NCBI GenBank assembly: GCA_964544695.1
Contig: CAZJDB010000154.1
Span: 1,095 to 65,094, forward strand
Length of the DNA stretch: 64,000 nt
Source of the DNA: an uncultured Chitinophagaceae bacterium
GTDB lineage: Bacteria; Bacteroidota; Bacteroidia; Chitinophagales; Chitinophagaceae
Direction of reading: 5' to 3'
Shown here: positions 1 to 9,550 of the stretch, piece by piece
How the letters are laid out: the number at the start of each line of letters is the position of its first letter
Position numbering within the stretch: position 1 is the stretch's first letter
Translations under genes and position numbers: made by a program
Notes under the pieces: model-generated
The model's input: only the letters and a program-made list of their open reading frames with translations
Told to the model about the DNA's origin: nothing
Databases searched by the model: none

Positions 1-457
1 GGACGTAGGTGTCGCCATGAACAGCGGCACCCAGGCCGCCAAGGAGGCCGGGAATATGGTGGACCTGGACAACGATCCCACCAAGCTGATCGAGATCGTG
101 GAGATCGGCAAGCAACTCCTCATGACGCGTGGAACCCTGACCACCTTCTCGATCGCCAACGACGTGGCCAAATATTTCGCCATCGTGCCGGCGCTCTTTA
201 TTACGTCCATCCCTGCGTTGCGCGCCTTGAACATCATGGACCTGAAAAGCCCCGAGAGCGCCATCCTGTCGGCGGTGATATTCAACGCCCTGATCATCCC
301 CATGTTGATCCCCCTGGCGTTACGCGGTGTTGCCTACAAACCTATTGGGGCAAGCGCGTTGCTCAGACGCAACCTCCTGGTATACGGCTTGGGTGGTGTG
401 ATCGCGCCCTTCATAGGCATCAAGCTGATCGATTTGGCCCTTTCCTTATTCATGTAA
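1..457 (+). CDS. kdpB: K+-transporting ATPase subunit B, C-terminal part (5' end outside window)
   Basis: [40 protein letters not shown]...[14 protein letters not shown] is the KdpB C-terminus; followed by kdpC. Confidence 0.97.
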   Translation, partial: DVGVAMNSGTQAAKEAGNMVDLDNDPTKLIEIVEIGKQLLMTRGTLTTFSIANDVAKYFAIVPALFITSIPALRALNIMDLKSPESAILSAVIFNALIIPMLIPLALRGVAYKPIGASALLRRNLLVYGLGGVIAPFIGIKLIDLALSLFM

Positions 458-469
458 AAAAGTTGATCG

Positions 470-1021
470 ATGAAGAAGTTTATCTTACCTGCCCTGAAGT
501 TGAGCCTCGTGCTCCTGGTGATTTGCTCCCTCCTCTATCCCTTGCTGATCGCGGCCGTGGGACGCTTTGCCCCGGACCCTACCGTTTCGGCGCACGGGCG
601 CGTGGTGGGTTATGTCAACCTGGGCCAGCGCTTCACGGATGACAAATATTTTTGGAGCCGTCCATCGGCAGCCGCTTACAACGCCGCCGGGGGCTCCGGA
701 AGCAACAAGGGCCCTTCGAACCCGGATTACCTCAAGGATGTCCAGGCCCATATCGACACCTTCCTGGTGCACAACCCCGGCGTGCGTCGCGAGGATATAC
801 CCGCGGAGCTCGTTACCTATTCCGGCAGCGGCCTGGACCCGGACCTTTCCCCTCAGGCGGCGATGATCCAGGTCTCGCGGGTGGCCCGCGCCCGAGGGCT
901 TTCCGACGAGCGCGTCCGTGAACTGGTTTCCAGCCACGTCCAGGGGCCCCTCCTGGGCCTGTTGGGGCCTTCGAAAGTGAATGTATTGAAATTGAATATT
1001 GCTTTGGATGATTTAAAATAA
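470..1021 (+). CDS. kdpC: K+-transporting ATPase subunit C
   Basis: N-terminal TM helix; GQRF..DKYFWSRPSA, SGSNKGPSNP and SGSGLDPDLSP motifs. Confidence 0.96.
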   Translation: MKKFILPALKLSLVLLVICSLLYPLLIAAVGRFAPDPTVSAHGRVVGYVNLGQRFTDDKYFWSRPSAAAYNAAGGSGSNKGPSNPDYLKDVQAHIDTFLVHNPGVRREDIPAELVTYSGSGLDPDLSPQAAMIQVSRVARARGLSDERVRELVSSHVQGPLLGLLGPSKVNVLKLNIALDDLK

Positions 1022-1036
1022 ACTCAACAACTGCTC

Positions 1037-2560
1037 ATGAAAAAAGTTTTATCAGGAATGATTTTGATTGCAGGATTGCAGGCAGGATCGTTATTTGGAC
1101 AATCACATTCGGGCGATTCCACGGCCGTGGCGTCGGCAGCAAAGAATCCCCTTTCATCGCTTTGGCAACGCCTCGTGAACCGCCGCGACACCAGTATAGG
1201 CGTCGAAGCCAAGGCTCCGGCCAGCGATCCCTTCGCCTTCGGTGATTTCTCCTGGCTTTGCGGGACCAGCCGGAAAACATCGCCTCCTGCCTTCGATTCA
1301 AAGTATTTCACAGGAGATGTGACCTTTGATTTCAACTATACGCACAGCTATAATGCGCCTATAGACAATACGGTAGTAGGGTCCACCGCCCTTTCCAGAG
1401 ATAACGAATTACAGTTGTCTTTCCTGGGCGTAGGAGGGGATATACACTTCAACGGTGTACGAGGCAGGATCATGATGCAGTTCGGTACCCGCTCGACGGT
1501 CGTACCGCGTAACGACGGCAGCTCCTACAAAGGTCAGTATGACCTCCAGACGGTCTACCGCTATATCAGCGAAGCATATGCGGGGTATCACTGGGACGTA
1601 TGGCACGGCATCAACCTGGACGCCGGGATATTCATGTCCTATATCGGCTTGTTTTCCTACAACAACTTCGAGAACTGGGGTTACCAGCCTTCTTATGTCT
1701 CGGATAACACCCCCTGGTTCTTCAACGGCCTCCGGCTCCAGACTTTCCCGACAGATAAATTGAAGATAGAGCTGTGGCTGATCAACGGGTGGCAGACCTA
1801 TGGCATGTTCAATCGCACGCCGGGGATGGGTTATTCGATCTATTGGCGGCCCAGGGAGCGCGTGGATTATGTGTTCAATTTCTATTATGGGAAGGACGAC
1901 GAAGGAGCCCCGGCGCGTTACCGGATCCACAGCGACAACAGTTATGAATACCGGTATTTGAACCGGAAGAGTGGGTTCATCAGTAAGGCGGCCTTTGAAG
2001 TTACCTATGACTTCGGGTTCGAAGACGGGGATGGGGTGACTCCCTTTGGGAAGAAGGCATCGAACGGTACGGAATTACCCGCTCAGAATTTCATCAGCGG
2101 GATGGCCTATAACAGGTTATGGCTCGGGAAAAGTCAGCATTTCGCCTGGACGCTCGGCGGAGGGTATATGCACAATCCCGGGCAATACCTGGTGCTGGCC
2201 CCGACCGGCTATGGAGATACGCTGTTCCAAAACCAAACCGGGGTGGGGTCCACCTTTAATGCATGGGATTTTTCCACCAGCATTGATTTTATGCCCAACC
2301 AAAACGTAACCCTGAAGCTCGAATTTGTACACCGGCACGTGGTGAATATAGGCGCAGCCCCCGGAACGGCTCCCCTGAAAGGATATTTTGCGGGCCACGG
2401 TGGGGTGTCCGGCCCTACCGGGTATACGAATACGGGAGGCTATACGTACACGTCCAGCGGGGCGTCCGTTGCTCCTCCCCTGAATAGCTGGGGCGGATGG
2501 ATGCCGGACATGGTGCCAACAGAAAATAGGGTAATTTTGGCGTTTCTAGTGAGATTCTAA
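1037..2560 (+). CDS. Outer-membrane beta-barrel protein / putative porin in the kdp operon
   Basis: Signal peptide, aromatic-rich beta-strand pattern, C-terminal Phe (LVRF), position between kdpC and kdpD. Confidence 0.75.
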   Translation: MKKVLSGMILIAGLQAGSLFGQSHSGDSTAVASAAKNPLSSLWQRLVNRRDTSIGVEAKAPASDPFAFGDFSWLCGTSRKTSPPAFDSKYFTGDVTFDFNYTHSYNAPIDNTVVGSTALSRDNELQLSFLGVGGDIHFNGVRGRIMMQFGTRSTVVPRNDGSSYKGQYDLQTVYRYISEAYAGYHWDVWHGINLDAGIFMSYIGLFSYNNFENWGYQPSYVSDNTPWFFNGLRLQTFPTDKLKIELWLINGWQTYGMFNRTPGMGYSIYWRPRERVDYVFNFYYGKDDEGAPARYRIHSDNSYEYRYLNRKSGFISKAAFEVTYDFGFEDGDGVTPFGKKASNGTELPAQNFISGMAYNRLWLGKSQHFAWTLGGGYMHNPGQYLVLAPTGYGDTLFQNQTGVGSTFNAWDFSTSIDFMPNQNVTLKLEFVHRHVVNIGAAPGTAPLKGYFAGHGGVSGPTGYTNTGGYTYTSSGASVAPPLNSWGGWMPDMVPTENRVILAFLVRF

Positions 2561-2567
2561 ATAAACT

Positions 2568-3692
2568 ATGCCGGACAAGGATCCCAGCACTCAACATTTT
2601 CTCGAACTAATCCGCCAGTCCAGGCGGGGCAAGCTGAAGATCTATATCGGTATGAGCGCGGGCGTGGGGAAGACCTACCGGATGCTGCAGGAGGCGCGGA
2701 GTTTATTGCGCAATGGCGTGGATGTCAAAATCGGCTACGTGGAAACGCACGGGCGCGTGGAAACCGAGGCCCTGCTGGAAGGCCTTCCCATCATCCCCCG
2801 GCGTCGGCTCTTCTACAAAGGCAAAGAGCTAGAGGAAATGGACGTGCAAGCCATCCTCAACCTCCGGCCCGAGGTGGTGGTGATCGATGAGCTGGCGCAC
2901 ACCAATATCGAGGGAAGCCACAACGAAAAAAGGTGGCAGGATGTGGTGGAAATCCTGGATGCGGGCATCAACGTGATCAGCGCCGTCAACATCCAGCACA
3001 TCGAAAGCCTGTATCCCGAAGTCAAGGAAATCACGGGAATCGACGTGACGGAGCGCGTACCCGACAGCGTGCTTCGGCAGGCGGACGAGGTGGTGAACAT
3101 AGACCTCACGGCAGACGAGCTGATCGAGCGACTCAGGGAGGGGAAGATCTATACCGCGGACAAGGTGCAGCGTTCCCTGGATAACTTCTTCCAGCCCGAA
3201 CGCATCCTACAGCTCCGGGAACTGGCCCTGAGGGAGGTTGCTTCCCAGGTGGAACGGAAAATCGAAACCGAGGTGCCCCGGAACATCCAAAACCGTGGGG
3301 AGCGCCTTATGTGCTGCATCAGCAGCAACCACGAGATCGCCAGGCTCGTCATCCGGAAAACGGCGCGCCTGGCCACGTACTACAATGCCCGCTGGTACGT
3401 ACTGTATGTCCAGACACCCAGGGAAGACGCTGACAAGATCGGGTTGGCCGCCCAGCGCCACCTCATCAATAATTTCAAGCTTGCCACCGAAATGGGCGCC
3501 GAGGTTGTCCGTGCCCGGAACCGGCACGTGGGCACCGGCATCCTGGAGACAGCGGAGGAACGGAAGATCACGACCATTTGTATCGGAAAACCCCACCTGA
3601 ACCTGATCAAAATCATCCTGCGGACCACTATCTTCAACCATTTGCTGAAGAAACTGAGCGCCTCGGACATAGACCTGGTAATACTTTCCTGA
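2568..3692 (+). CDS. kdpD: KdpD N-terminal sensor (KdpD + Usp domains, no kinase domain)
   Basis: GKLKIYIGMSAGVGKTYRML Walker-A-like motif, VDELAHTN-like motif, KRWQDV; Usp-like C-terminus. Confidence 0.92.
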   Translation: MPDKDPSTQHFLELIRQSRRGKLKIYIGMSAGVGKTYRMLQEARSLLRNGVDVKIGYVETHGRVETEALLEGLPIIPRRRLFYKGKELEEMDVQAILNLRPEVVVIDELAHTNIEGSHNEKRWQDVVEILDAGINVISAVNIQHIESLYPEVKEITGIDVTERVPDSVLRQADEVVNIDLTADELIERLREGKIYTADKVQRSLDNFFQPERILQLRELALREVASQVERKIETEVPRNIQNRGERLMCCISSNHEIARLVIRKTARLATYYNARWYVLYVQTPREDADKIGLAAQRHLINNFKLATEMGAEVVRARNRHVGTGILETAEERKITTICIGKPHLNLIKIILRTTIFNHLLKKLSASDIDLVILS

Positions 3693-5386
3693 TGGGTATG
3701 CGACTAAAGACCAAATTGACCCTGGGACTCGTTTTCCTCTTCGTCGTGATCCTCGCCTTCGGGATCCTGGGGATATCTTTCATCAACCGCCTGAGCAACG
3801 GCGAGCGCCTCATCCTTAAGGATAATTACATCACCCTGGAATACTGCAACAACATGCTCAGGGCCCTGGAAGAATTGCCGGGGGACACCGCCGCGGCTCG
3901 TGTTTTTGCGCACAATCTTGCGTTGCAAGAAGCCAATATCACCGAACCCGGGGAGGGCGATGCTACCCATTCCGTCCGGGTGCACTTCGAACAACTGCTT
4001 GCCAATCCTTCCGACACGGGCAACTTTAACGCTATCCGCAGCGCCATCTTCACCATCCAGGACCTCAACCAAACGGCCATCATCCGGAAAGACAGAAAGG
4101 CCGCCACCACTGCATCGGACGCCAACCTGTGGATGACCATCATCGTTACCATCCTGACCATCGTGGCCTTCACCTTCATCGTCAACTTCCCGGGCATCAT
4201 TTCCGAACCCGTCAAAGCCTTGTCCGAAGGCATCACCGAGATCGCCGCCAAGAACTATTCCAAGCGGATCCACCTGAACCAGAACGACGAATTCGGGGAC
4301 CTCGCCAAGGCCTTCAATACCATGGCAGAAAAGTTGGATGAATACGATCACAGCAGCCTCGCCCGGGTCATGGAAGAAAAATCGCGCATCGAGGCCATCA
4401 TCAACCAGATGAAGGATGGCATCATCGGCTTCGACGCGCACCGCCGCGTGCTCTTCATGAACGTCGTCGCCGAAAACCTCTTAGGCCTCCGCGAGTCCGA
4501 AATCCAAGGCCAGTACGCCCCCGATATCGCCCTCCATAACGACCTCATGCGGACCATCCTGCGTAACGACGGCGCCGTGGAAATGAAGATCTATTGCGAC
4601 GACAAGGAAAGCTATTTCAGCAAGGAACCCATAACCGTCCGTAAAGAAGACAAGGTCCTCGGAGAGGTCATCGTCATGCGCAACATCACCCCCTTCCACG
4701 AACTGGACGAGGCCAAGACCAACTTCATCGCCACGGTCTCCCACGAACTGAAAACCCCCATTTCCTCCATAAAGATGAGCGCCCGCCTCCTCCGCGACCG
4801 TCGCGTAGGCCTCCTGAGCCCCGAACAAAACGACCTTCTGCAAAGCATCACCGACGACGCGGAGCGCCTCCTGCGCATCACCGGCGAACTCCTCAATTTG
4901 ACGCAGGTTGAAACGGGGAACCTTCAACTGAAACTCCAAAGCACGCCCCCCGAAGAAGTGGTGCGTTACGCCCTTTCTGCCGTGACCGTACCGGCCTCCG
5001 AGAAAAACATCCGGATTATGTATACGCCCGGGTCGGTCCCTCCCATCCACGCCGACTCCGAGAAGGTCTCCTGGGTGCTGATCAATTTATTGACCAACGC
5101 CATCAAATATTCCCCCGAAGGCGGTTTGATCGAAATCACCGTTACTACCGCCGATGACCTCGTGCTCTTTTCCGTCAAAGACTTCGGGCGCGGTATAGAT
5201 GAGAAATACCTCCCCCGCATCTTCGACCGCTACTTCCGCATACCCGGTTCCGAAAAGTCCGGGACCGGACTGGGCCTGGCCATCTCCAAGGAATTCATCG
5301 AGGCCCAGGGAGGGCAGATTTGGGTGAAGAGTTCACTGGGGGCGGGGGCGGAGTTTGGGTTCGCGCTGCGCGCGGAGAAAGCGTAG
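3692..5386 (+). CDS. Membrane sensor histidine kinase (2 TM, HAMP, PAS, HisKA, HATPase)
   Basis: FIATVSHELKTP H-box, NLLTNAIKYS, DFGRGI, GTGLGLAI; ATG at 3692 overlaps the kdpD stop (TGATG). Confidence 0.92.
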   Translation: MGMRLKTKLTLGLVFLFVVILAFGILGISFINRLSNGERLILKDNYITLEYCNNMLRALEELPGDTAAARVFAHNLALQEANITEPGEGDATHSVRVHFEQLLANPSDTGNFNAIRSAIFTIQDLNQTAIIRKDRKAATTASDANLWMTIIVTILTIVAFTFIVNFPGIISEPVKALSEGITEIAAKNYSKRIHLNQNDEFGDLAKAFNTMAEKLDEYDHSSLARVMEEKSRIEAIINQMKDGIIGFDAHRRVLFMNVVAENLLGLRESEIQGQYAPDIALHNDLMRTILRNDGAVEMKIYCDDKESYFSKEPITVRKEDKVLGEVIVMRNITPFHELDEAKTNFIATVSHELKTPISSIKMSARLLRDRRVGLLSPEQNDLLQSITDDAERLLRITGELLNLTQVETGNLQLKLQSTPPEEVVRYALSAVTVPASEKNIRIMYTPGSVPPIHADSEKVSWVLINLLTNAIKYSPEGGLIEITVTTADDLVLFSVKDFGRGIDEKYLPRIFDRYFRIPGSEKSGTGLGLAISKEFIEAQGGQIWVKSSLGAGAEFGFALRAEKA

Positions 5387-5403
5387 GCCCCATCAGAAAC
5401 TTT

Positions 5404-5434
5404 TTTGTGGAAAACAGCGTATCCATTACATTTG
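5404..5434 (+). promoter_or_regulatory. Bacteroidota housekeeping promoter for the tRNA
   Basis: TTTG (5404-5407), 19-nt spacer, TACATTTG (5427-5434): matches the -33/-7 consensus. Confidence 0.8.
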
Positions 5435-5444
5435 CAGTCCCCTT

Positions 5445-5520
<76 letters not shown>

Positions 5521-5528
5521 TGTTTTTG

Positions 5529-5570
5529 ATCCCTGGAATGGTTGCTCGGGCAATGGTTCCGGGGATTTTT
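5529..5570 (+). terminator. Intrinsic terminator after tRNA-Ala
   Basis: ATCCCTGGAA...TTCCGGGGAT stem followed by a T-run. Confidence 0.7.
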
Positions 5571-5592
5571 GCTTTCCAATAGGGGCTAACCC

Positions 5593-5883
5593 TTACACTT
5601 TTGGTTTAGGCTTTTTTCTTTTTGCTAATTTGGCCATTACCTCTTGCTTCATTAAAGTGACCAATTGTTCAGGCTCCACTTGAATCCAGGAGGCCATCCT
5701 GAAAACATCCAATACGGTAAAGCGGGTCGGGTTTCTGATTTTGGCGGCGAATTGGGCATAGTTCTGCCGCAAGTCCCTTGCGAGTACGGTTCTTGGAAGA
5801 ACCTCAAAAATCTCCTTAATTGTACTGATTTCATTTCCCTTGATCAGGGAGCGAACTGCTCGGTACCGGGGATCTCTAACCAT
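5593..5883 (-). CDS. Small basic hypothetical protein, possible HTH/XRE-like DNA-binding fold
   Basis: 96 aa; helical pattern PRTVLARDLRQNYAQFAAKIRNPTRFTVLDVFRMASWIQV; Lys-rich tail; lower GC than flanks. Confidence 0.6.
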   Translation of the reverse strand: MVRDPRYRAVRSLIKGNEISTIKEIFEVLPRTVLARDLRQNYAQFAAKIRNPTRFTVLDVFRMASWIQVEPEQLVTLMKQEVMAKLAKRKKPKPKV

Positions 5884-6122
5884 TCATTAAGTGTTTAGTC
5901 ACAAAAGAAGATTCCCTATTGGTCAAAACCAAGTAAATCACAATAAGCTACGCAACGTTTAATTTCAACTATTCAATATATATAGTTATAGTTAAAATAT
6001 ATTGTTTTATTTCAAAAATTTAAATACTAAAATCGAAAAGATTGGAAGTGGCAGCCTTAAGGTGTGGAATTGATAATATTGTATAAATTTGATAACCAAA
6101 GGAATCGAAAAGCTATTCACCT

Positions 6123-6443
6123 ATGCCCACCACCGAAAAACCCAGCTTCAGCGACCTGATCAAGGGTCAGAAACCCGTTCTGGTCGACTTTTCCGCCGAA
6201 TGGTGCGGACCCTGCAAGGCGATGCCTCCGATCCTAAAAGAAGTAAAGGCCAAACTGGGGGATAATATCACCATCTTAAAGCTAGATATAGATCGCAACC
6301 CCTCGGTGGCAAACGCCTACCAGATTCAAAGCGTGCCGACCCTTATGGTATTCCGTGAAGGCCAGGTCAAATGGCGGCAAAGCGGGGTGATTCAGGCGGA
6401 GCCACTCAGAAGGGTATTGGAGGGCGTCCTTCACCAGGGTTGA
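6123..6443 (+). CDS. trxA: Thioredoxin
   Basis: VLVDFSAEWCGPCK active site; SVPTL cis-Pro motif; TAAATTTG box at 6084-6091. Confidence 0.95.
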   Translation: MPTTEKPSFSDLIKGQKPVLVDFSAEWCGPCKAMPPILKEVKAKLGDNITILKLDIDRNPSVANAYQIQSVPTLMVFREGQVKWRQSGVIQAEPLRRVLEGVLHQG

Positions 6444-6533
6444 AAACCTCCCCGACTTATAGTGATTAGCGGCCGCGGAAGGGGAGCAACGGGCACAACC
6501 TTAGGAAAATCCGCTGCATCTTTGGATTTCACC

Positions 6534-8942
6534 ATGACGAGGATCCTGGGCTTATTCTCCTTGCTGCTGGCATTGCCTGTAATGGCATTTTGTCAATCAC
6601 CCGAAAGATTTTCGCTGGTGATCATCAATGCGCACCGCCAACCCATCAACGGCGCGACGGTTAAGATGCTGAAGGATGGGAAACTGGTAGACGGCGGAGT
6701 GGCGGGTGCCCAAGGAGTGGTGACATTTAAAGAAAACCTGAAAGGAGACTACACTTTTCTGATCAGCAGTATTGGGTATCAACCGAAAGTGACGAAAGTA
6801 TACCGCCTGCCGGGGTTGCAACAGGACACGGTAAGGCTGGAACCAGCGGTCAAAACGATGCAGGATGTGACCGTAACCGGTCAGCCCCCTCTGGTGGAGC
6901 GAAAAAAGGACCGGACGATCATCAACGTAGATGCCTCACCTGCCAATACAGGATCGACGGTGCTTGACGTATTGGAGCGATCCCCGGGCGTTACGGTGGA
7001 CAGGAATGGCGGGATCAGCCTGAACGGCAAAACCGGGGTACTGGTCCTGATCGACGACAAGCCGACGTATCTTTCCGGCGACGACCTAAATAACCTGCTG
7101 AACAGCATGGATGCCGGCGCAGTTTCCAAAATCGAGCTGATGTCCAATCCCCCGGCCAGGTACGATGCGTCAGGGAGCGCGGGGATCATCAACATCAAAA
7201 CCAAGAAAAACGACAACGCGGGCTTTAACGGGAGTGCCACTACTTCCTACGCGCAGGGCGTCTATCCCAAGAGCAACAATAGCCTGGTGCTGAATTATAA
7301 GCAGGGTCGCATCAATGCTTTTCTCAACTATAGCATCAACGACGCCGATTACCTTGTCAGCTTGTATGCCTACCGCCAATATTTTGGACAAAACAATCAG
7401 GTTACCGGGATTCTTCAGCAGCCTTCTTATTTCAGCGGGCACGTCGTGAACAATACGCTTAAAACGGGACTGGACTATTCACCCTCCGCGAACACCACGG
7501 TTGGATTCGCACTGACGGGCATGGATATTCCCCGGCACGGGGGCAACACGGGCCAGGCCAATTGGCTGGATTCCTCCGGAAACGTCGATTCATCCGTTTT
7601 GACCAAAACTACGTCAATGAACGAGTTCAAGAACGGAGCCATCAACCTCAACGCCCGGCAGGCCCTGGGGAAGAATATGGAGTTGCGGATGGACCTTGAC
7701 TACCTGCATTACCAACTTCAGGGGACTCAAAACTACGATAATCAATTGCTGGAAACGGGCGGATATGATTCGGTATTCAGGAGTTTCATTCCTACCACGA
7801 TCGATATTTATTCGGGTAAGTTGGACGCTCAGAAAACATGGGAAAACGCGACGCTGATGGCCGGAGTCAAGCTTTCCTCCAGCCATACGGACAATGCCGC
7901 TACTTACCAGGACCTGGAAGGTCAGCAATGGGTGACGGATGAAACCCGGAGCAACCACTTCGTTTACCAGGAAAACATCCAGGCCGCATATGCGTCTATG
8001 GATGGCAAATATCACAAGTTCAGCTTCGAGGCCGGCTTGCGATATGAGCACACTGACTATACCGCAAACCAGTTCGGGAACAGTTTGCAGGCAGACTCCA
8101 CGGTTTCCCGAAACTACGGCGGCTTGTTCCCCAGCGGTTACCTATCCTATCCCATCGACTCCCTGCAGACCCTGACGCTAACCGTGGGCAGGAGGTTGGA
8201 CAGGCCCCCATACCAAAACCTAAATCCCTTCCTGAATATCATCAACAAGTATACCTACGATACCGGCAACCCTTATCTGCTGCCACAATTCAGTTGGAAT
8301 GCAGAGCTCACCCACCAATATGGCGACCTTTTGACGTCCGCCTTATCTTATAGTCGGCTAACCAATTATTTTTCGCAACTCTTTTTGTCGGACTCAACGG
8401 GTACCATTTTATTCTACACCCAGGGAAACGTTGGTACGGTAAATAATTTTGGCGCATCGGAGACCGTCAATGCAAAACCGTTAAGCTGGTGGACGATGCA
8501 ACTGGGGGCTTTTTACAATCACAAGCACTTTCATGGATTCAATGGGAACAGTTATACTTCTTCCATCGACCAACTGACGGTCAATATCAATAACCAATTC
8601 AGCTTTGGAAAAGGGTATTCCGGAGAACTGTCCGGCTTCTATACCACCAGGGCCCGAAACGATATCCAGGAATTGCTGTATCCGACGGGCCAGGCTTCCC
8701 TGGGTATGAGCAAATCGGTATTGCAGAAGAAAGGGACGATAAAATTAAGTTGCCGGGATATCTTCCATACGAATACGATGTCGGGATTGACCTCCTTTCC
8801 GGATGCCACCGAATACTATAAGATCAAACGCGATACGCGGGTGATTGCGTTGTCTTTCACCTTCCGGTTTGGAAAGACCTATAAGGTAGTCAGTCACCAG
8901 GAGGGGGCGACGGAGGAGGAAGAGCGGGTGCAGAATGGGTAA
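6534..8942 (+). CDS. TonB-dependent receptor-like outer-membrane beta-barrel protein
   Basis: Signal peptide MTRILGLFSLLL; plug motifs VLDVLERSPGVTVD and NPPARYDASGSAGIINI; GNPYLLPQF. Confidence 0.88.
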   Translation: MTRILGLFSLLLALPVMAFCQSPERFSLVIINAHRQPINGATVKMLKDGKLVDGGVAGAQGVVTFKENLKGDYTFLISSIGYQPKVTKVYRLPGLQQDTVRLEPAVKTMQDVTVTGQPPLVERKKDRTIINVDASPANTGSTVLDVLERSPGVTVDRNGGISLNGKTGVLVLIDDKPTYLSGDDLNNLLNSMDAGAVSKIELMSNPPARYDASGSAGIINIKTKKNDNAGFNGSATTSYAQGVYPKSNNSLVLNYKQGRINAFLNYSINDADYLVSLYAYRQYFGQNNQVTGILQQPSYFSGHVVNNTLKTGLDYSPSANTTVGFALTGMDIPRHGGNTGQANWLDSSGNVDSSVLTKTTSMNEFKNGAINLNARQALGKNMELRMDLDYLHYQLQGTQNYDNQLLETGGYDSVFRSFIPTTIDIYSGKLDAQKTWENATLMAGVKLSSSHTDNAATYQDLEGQQWVTDETRSNHFVYQENIQAAYASMDGKYHKFSFEAGLRYEHTDYTANQFGNSLQADSTVSRNYGGLFPSGYLSYPIDSLQTLTLTVGRRLDRPPYQNLNPFLNIINKYTYDTGNPYLLPQFSWNAELTHQYGDLLTSALSYSRLTNYFSQLFLSDSTGTILFYTQGNVGTVNNFGASETVNAKPLSWWTMQLGAFYNHKHFHGFNGNSYTSSIDQLTVNINNQFSFGKGYSGELSGFYTTRARNDIQELLYPTGQASLGMSKSVLQKKGTIKLSCRDIFHTNTMSGLTSFPDATEYYKIKRDTRVIALSFTFRFGKTYKVVSHQEGATEEEERVQNG

Positions 8943-8943
8943 T

Positions 8944-9432
8944 TTAATGTGAACCCCTATGTAGTTGTATGTTTTCTGAACCTTTTATGGCCCCATGTAT
9001 AAAATGATTTTTCGAAGTGAGCTTTCCCTCCGTCCAATCATATTTGATGAATATATCGTCCCAGCAATCATCCAAAAAATTTACAATCCTCCGACTCATC
9101 AACGAATCCGTCATGGCGGATTCTTTGTAAAACGTCACGGATAAAGTAGTGTATCCGCCATGGATTTCCTTTTGAATGAAAGGGTTGTTCCTTATAAAAT
9201 GTTCAAACAAGGTATCCCGCATGCAGGTGGGGTCCCGGGAATAGACCAAATAATGCAGATCCTTTTCACGGATTGTCGTGAGGGCCGCAGAATCAGGCCC
9301 CTCGCCCGGCGGGCTGCTTAGGAAATCGCAAAAGTCCATATGGACGATAGGGGGCCTGGGACACTGGCTGGAGGCATGACTGTAGGCCAACAACAGGACC
9401 GAGAAAAGCAGGGGGATACAATTAGGGGACAT
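8944..9432 (-). CDS. Hypothetical secreted protein
   Basis: 162-aa ORF with signal-peptide-like N-terminus filling the gap between genes. Confidence 0.6.
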   Translation of the reverse strand: MSPNCIPLLFSVLLLAYSHASSQCPRPPIVHMDFCDFLSSPPGEGPDSAALTTIREKDLHYLVYSRDPTCMRDTLFEHFIRNNPFIQKEIHGGYTTLSVTFYKESAMTDSLMSRRIVNFLDDCWDDIFIKYDWTEGKLTSKNHFIHGAIKGSENIQLHRGSH

Positions 9433-9550
9433 GGCTAAGGTGCCTCATGGCACTATTAAGTTACAACGAATTTTGCTTTCCCGCGAATCCAGTTGAGCGG
9501 ATACGTCCAGCAATAAGATAATAAATGATCAGGAACGCCGTCATCCGAAA

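Noticed and set aside
3578..3691. Upstream extensions of ORF-track calls (this kinase; also lpxB, pdeM, sucB, the DUF2807 and M14 genes and others)
   Set aside because: They overlap neighbouring genes or promoters; downstream ATGs give the expected N-termini or signal peptides
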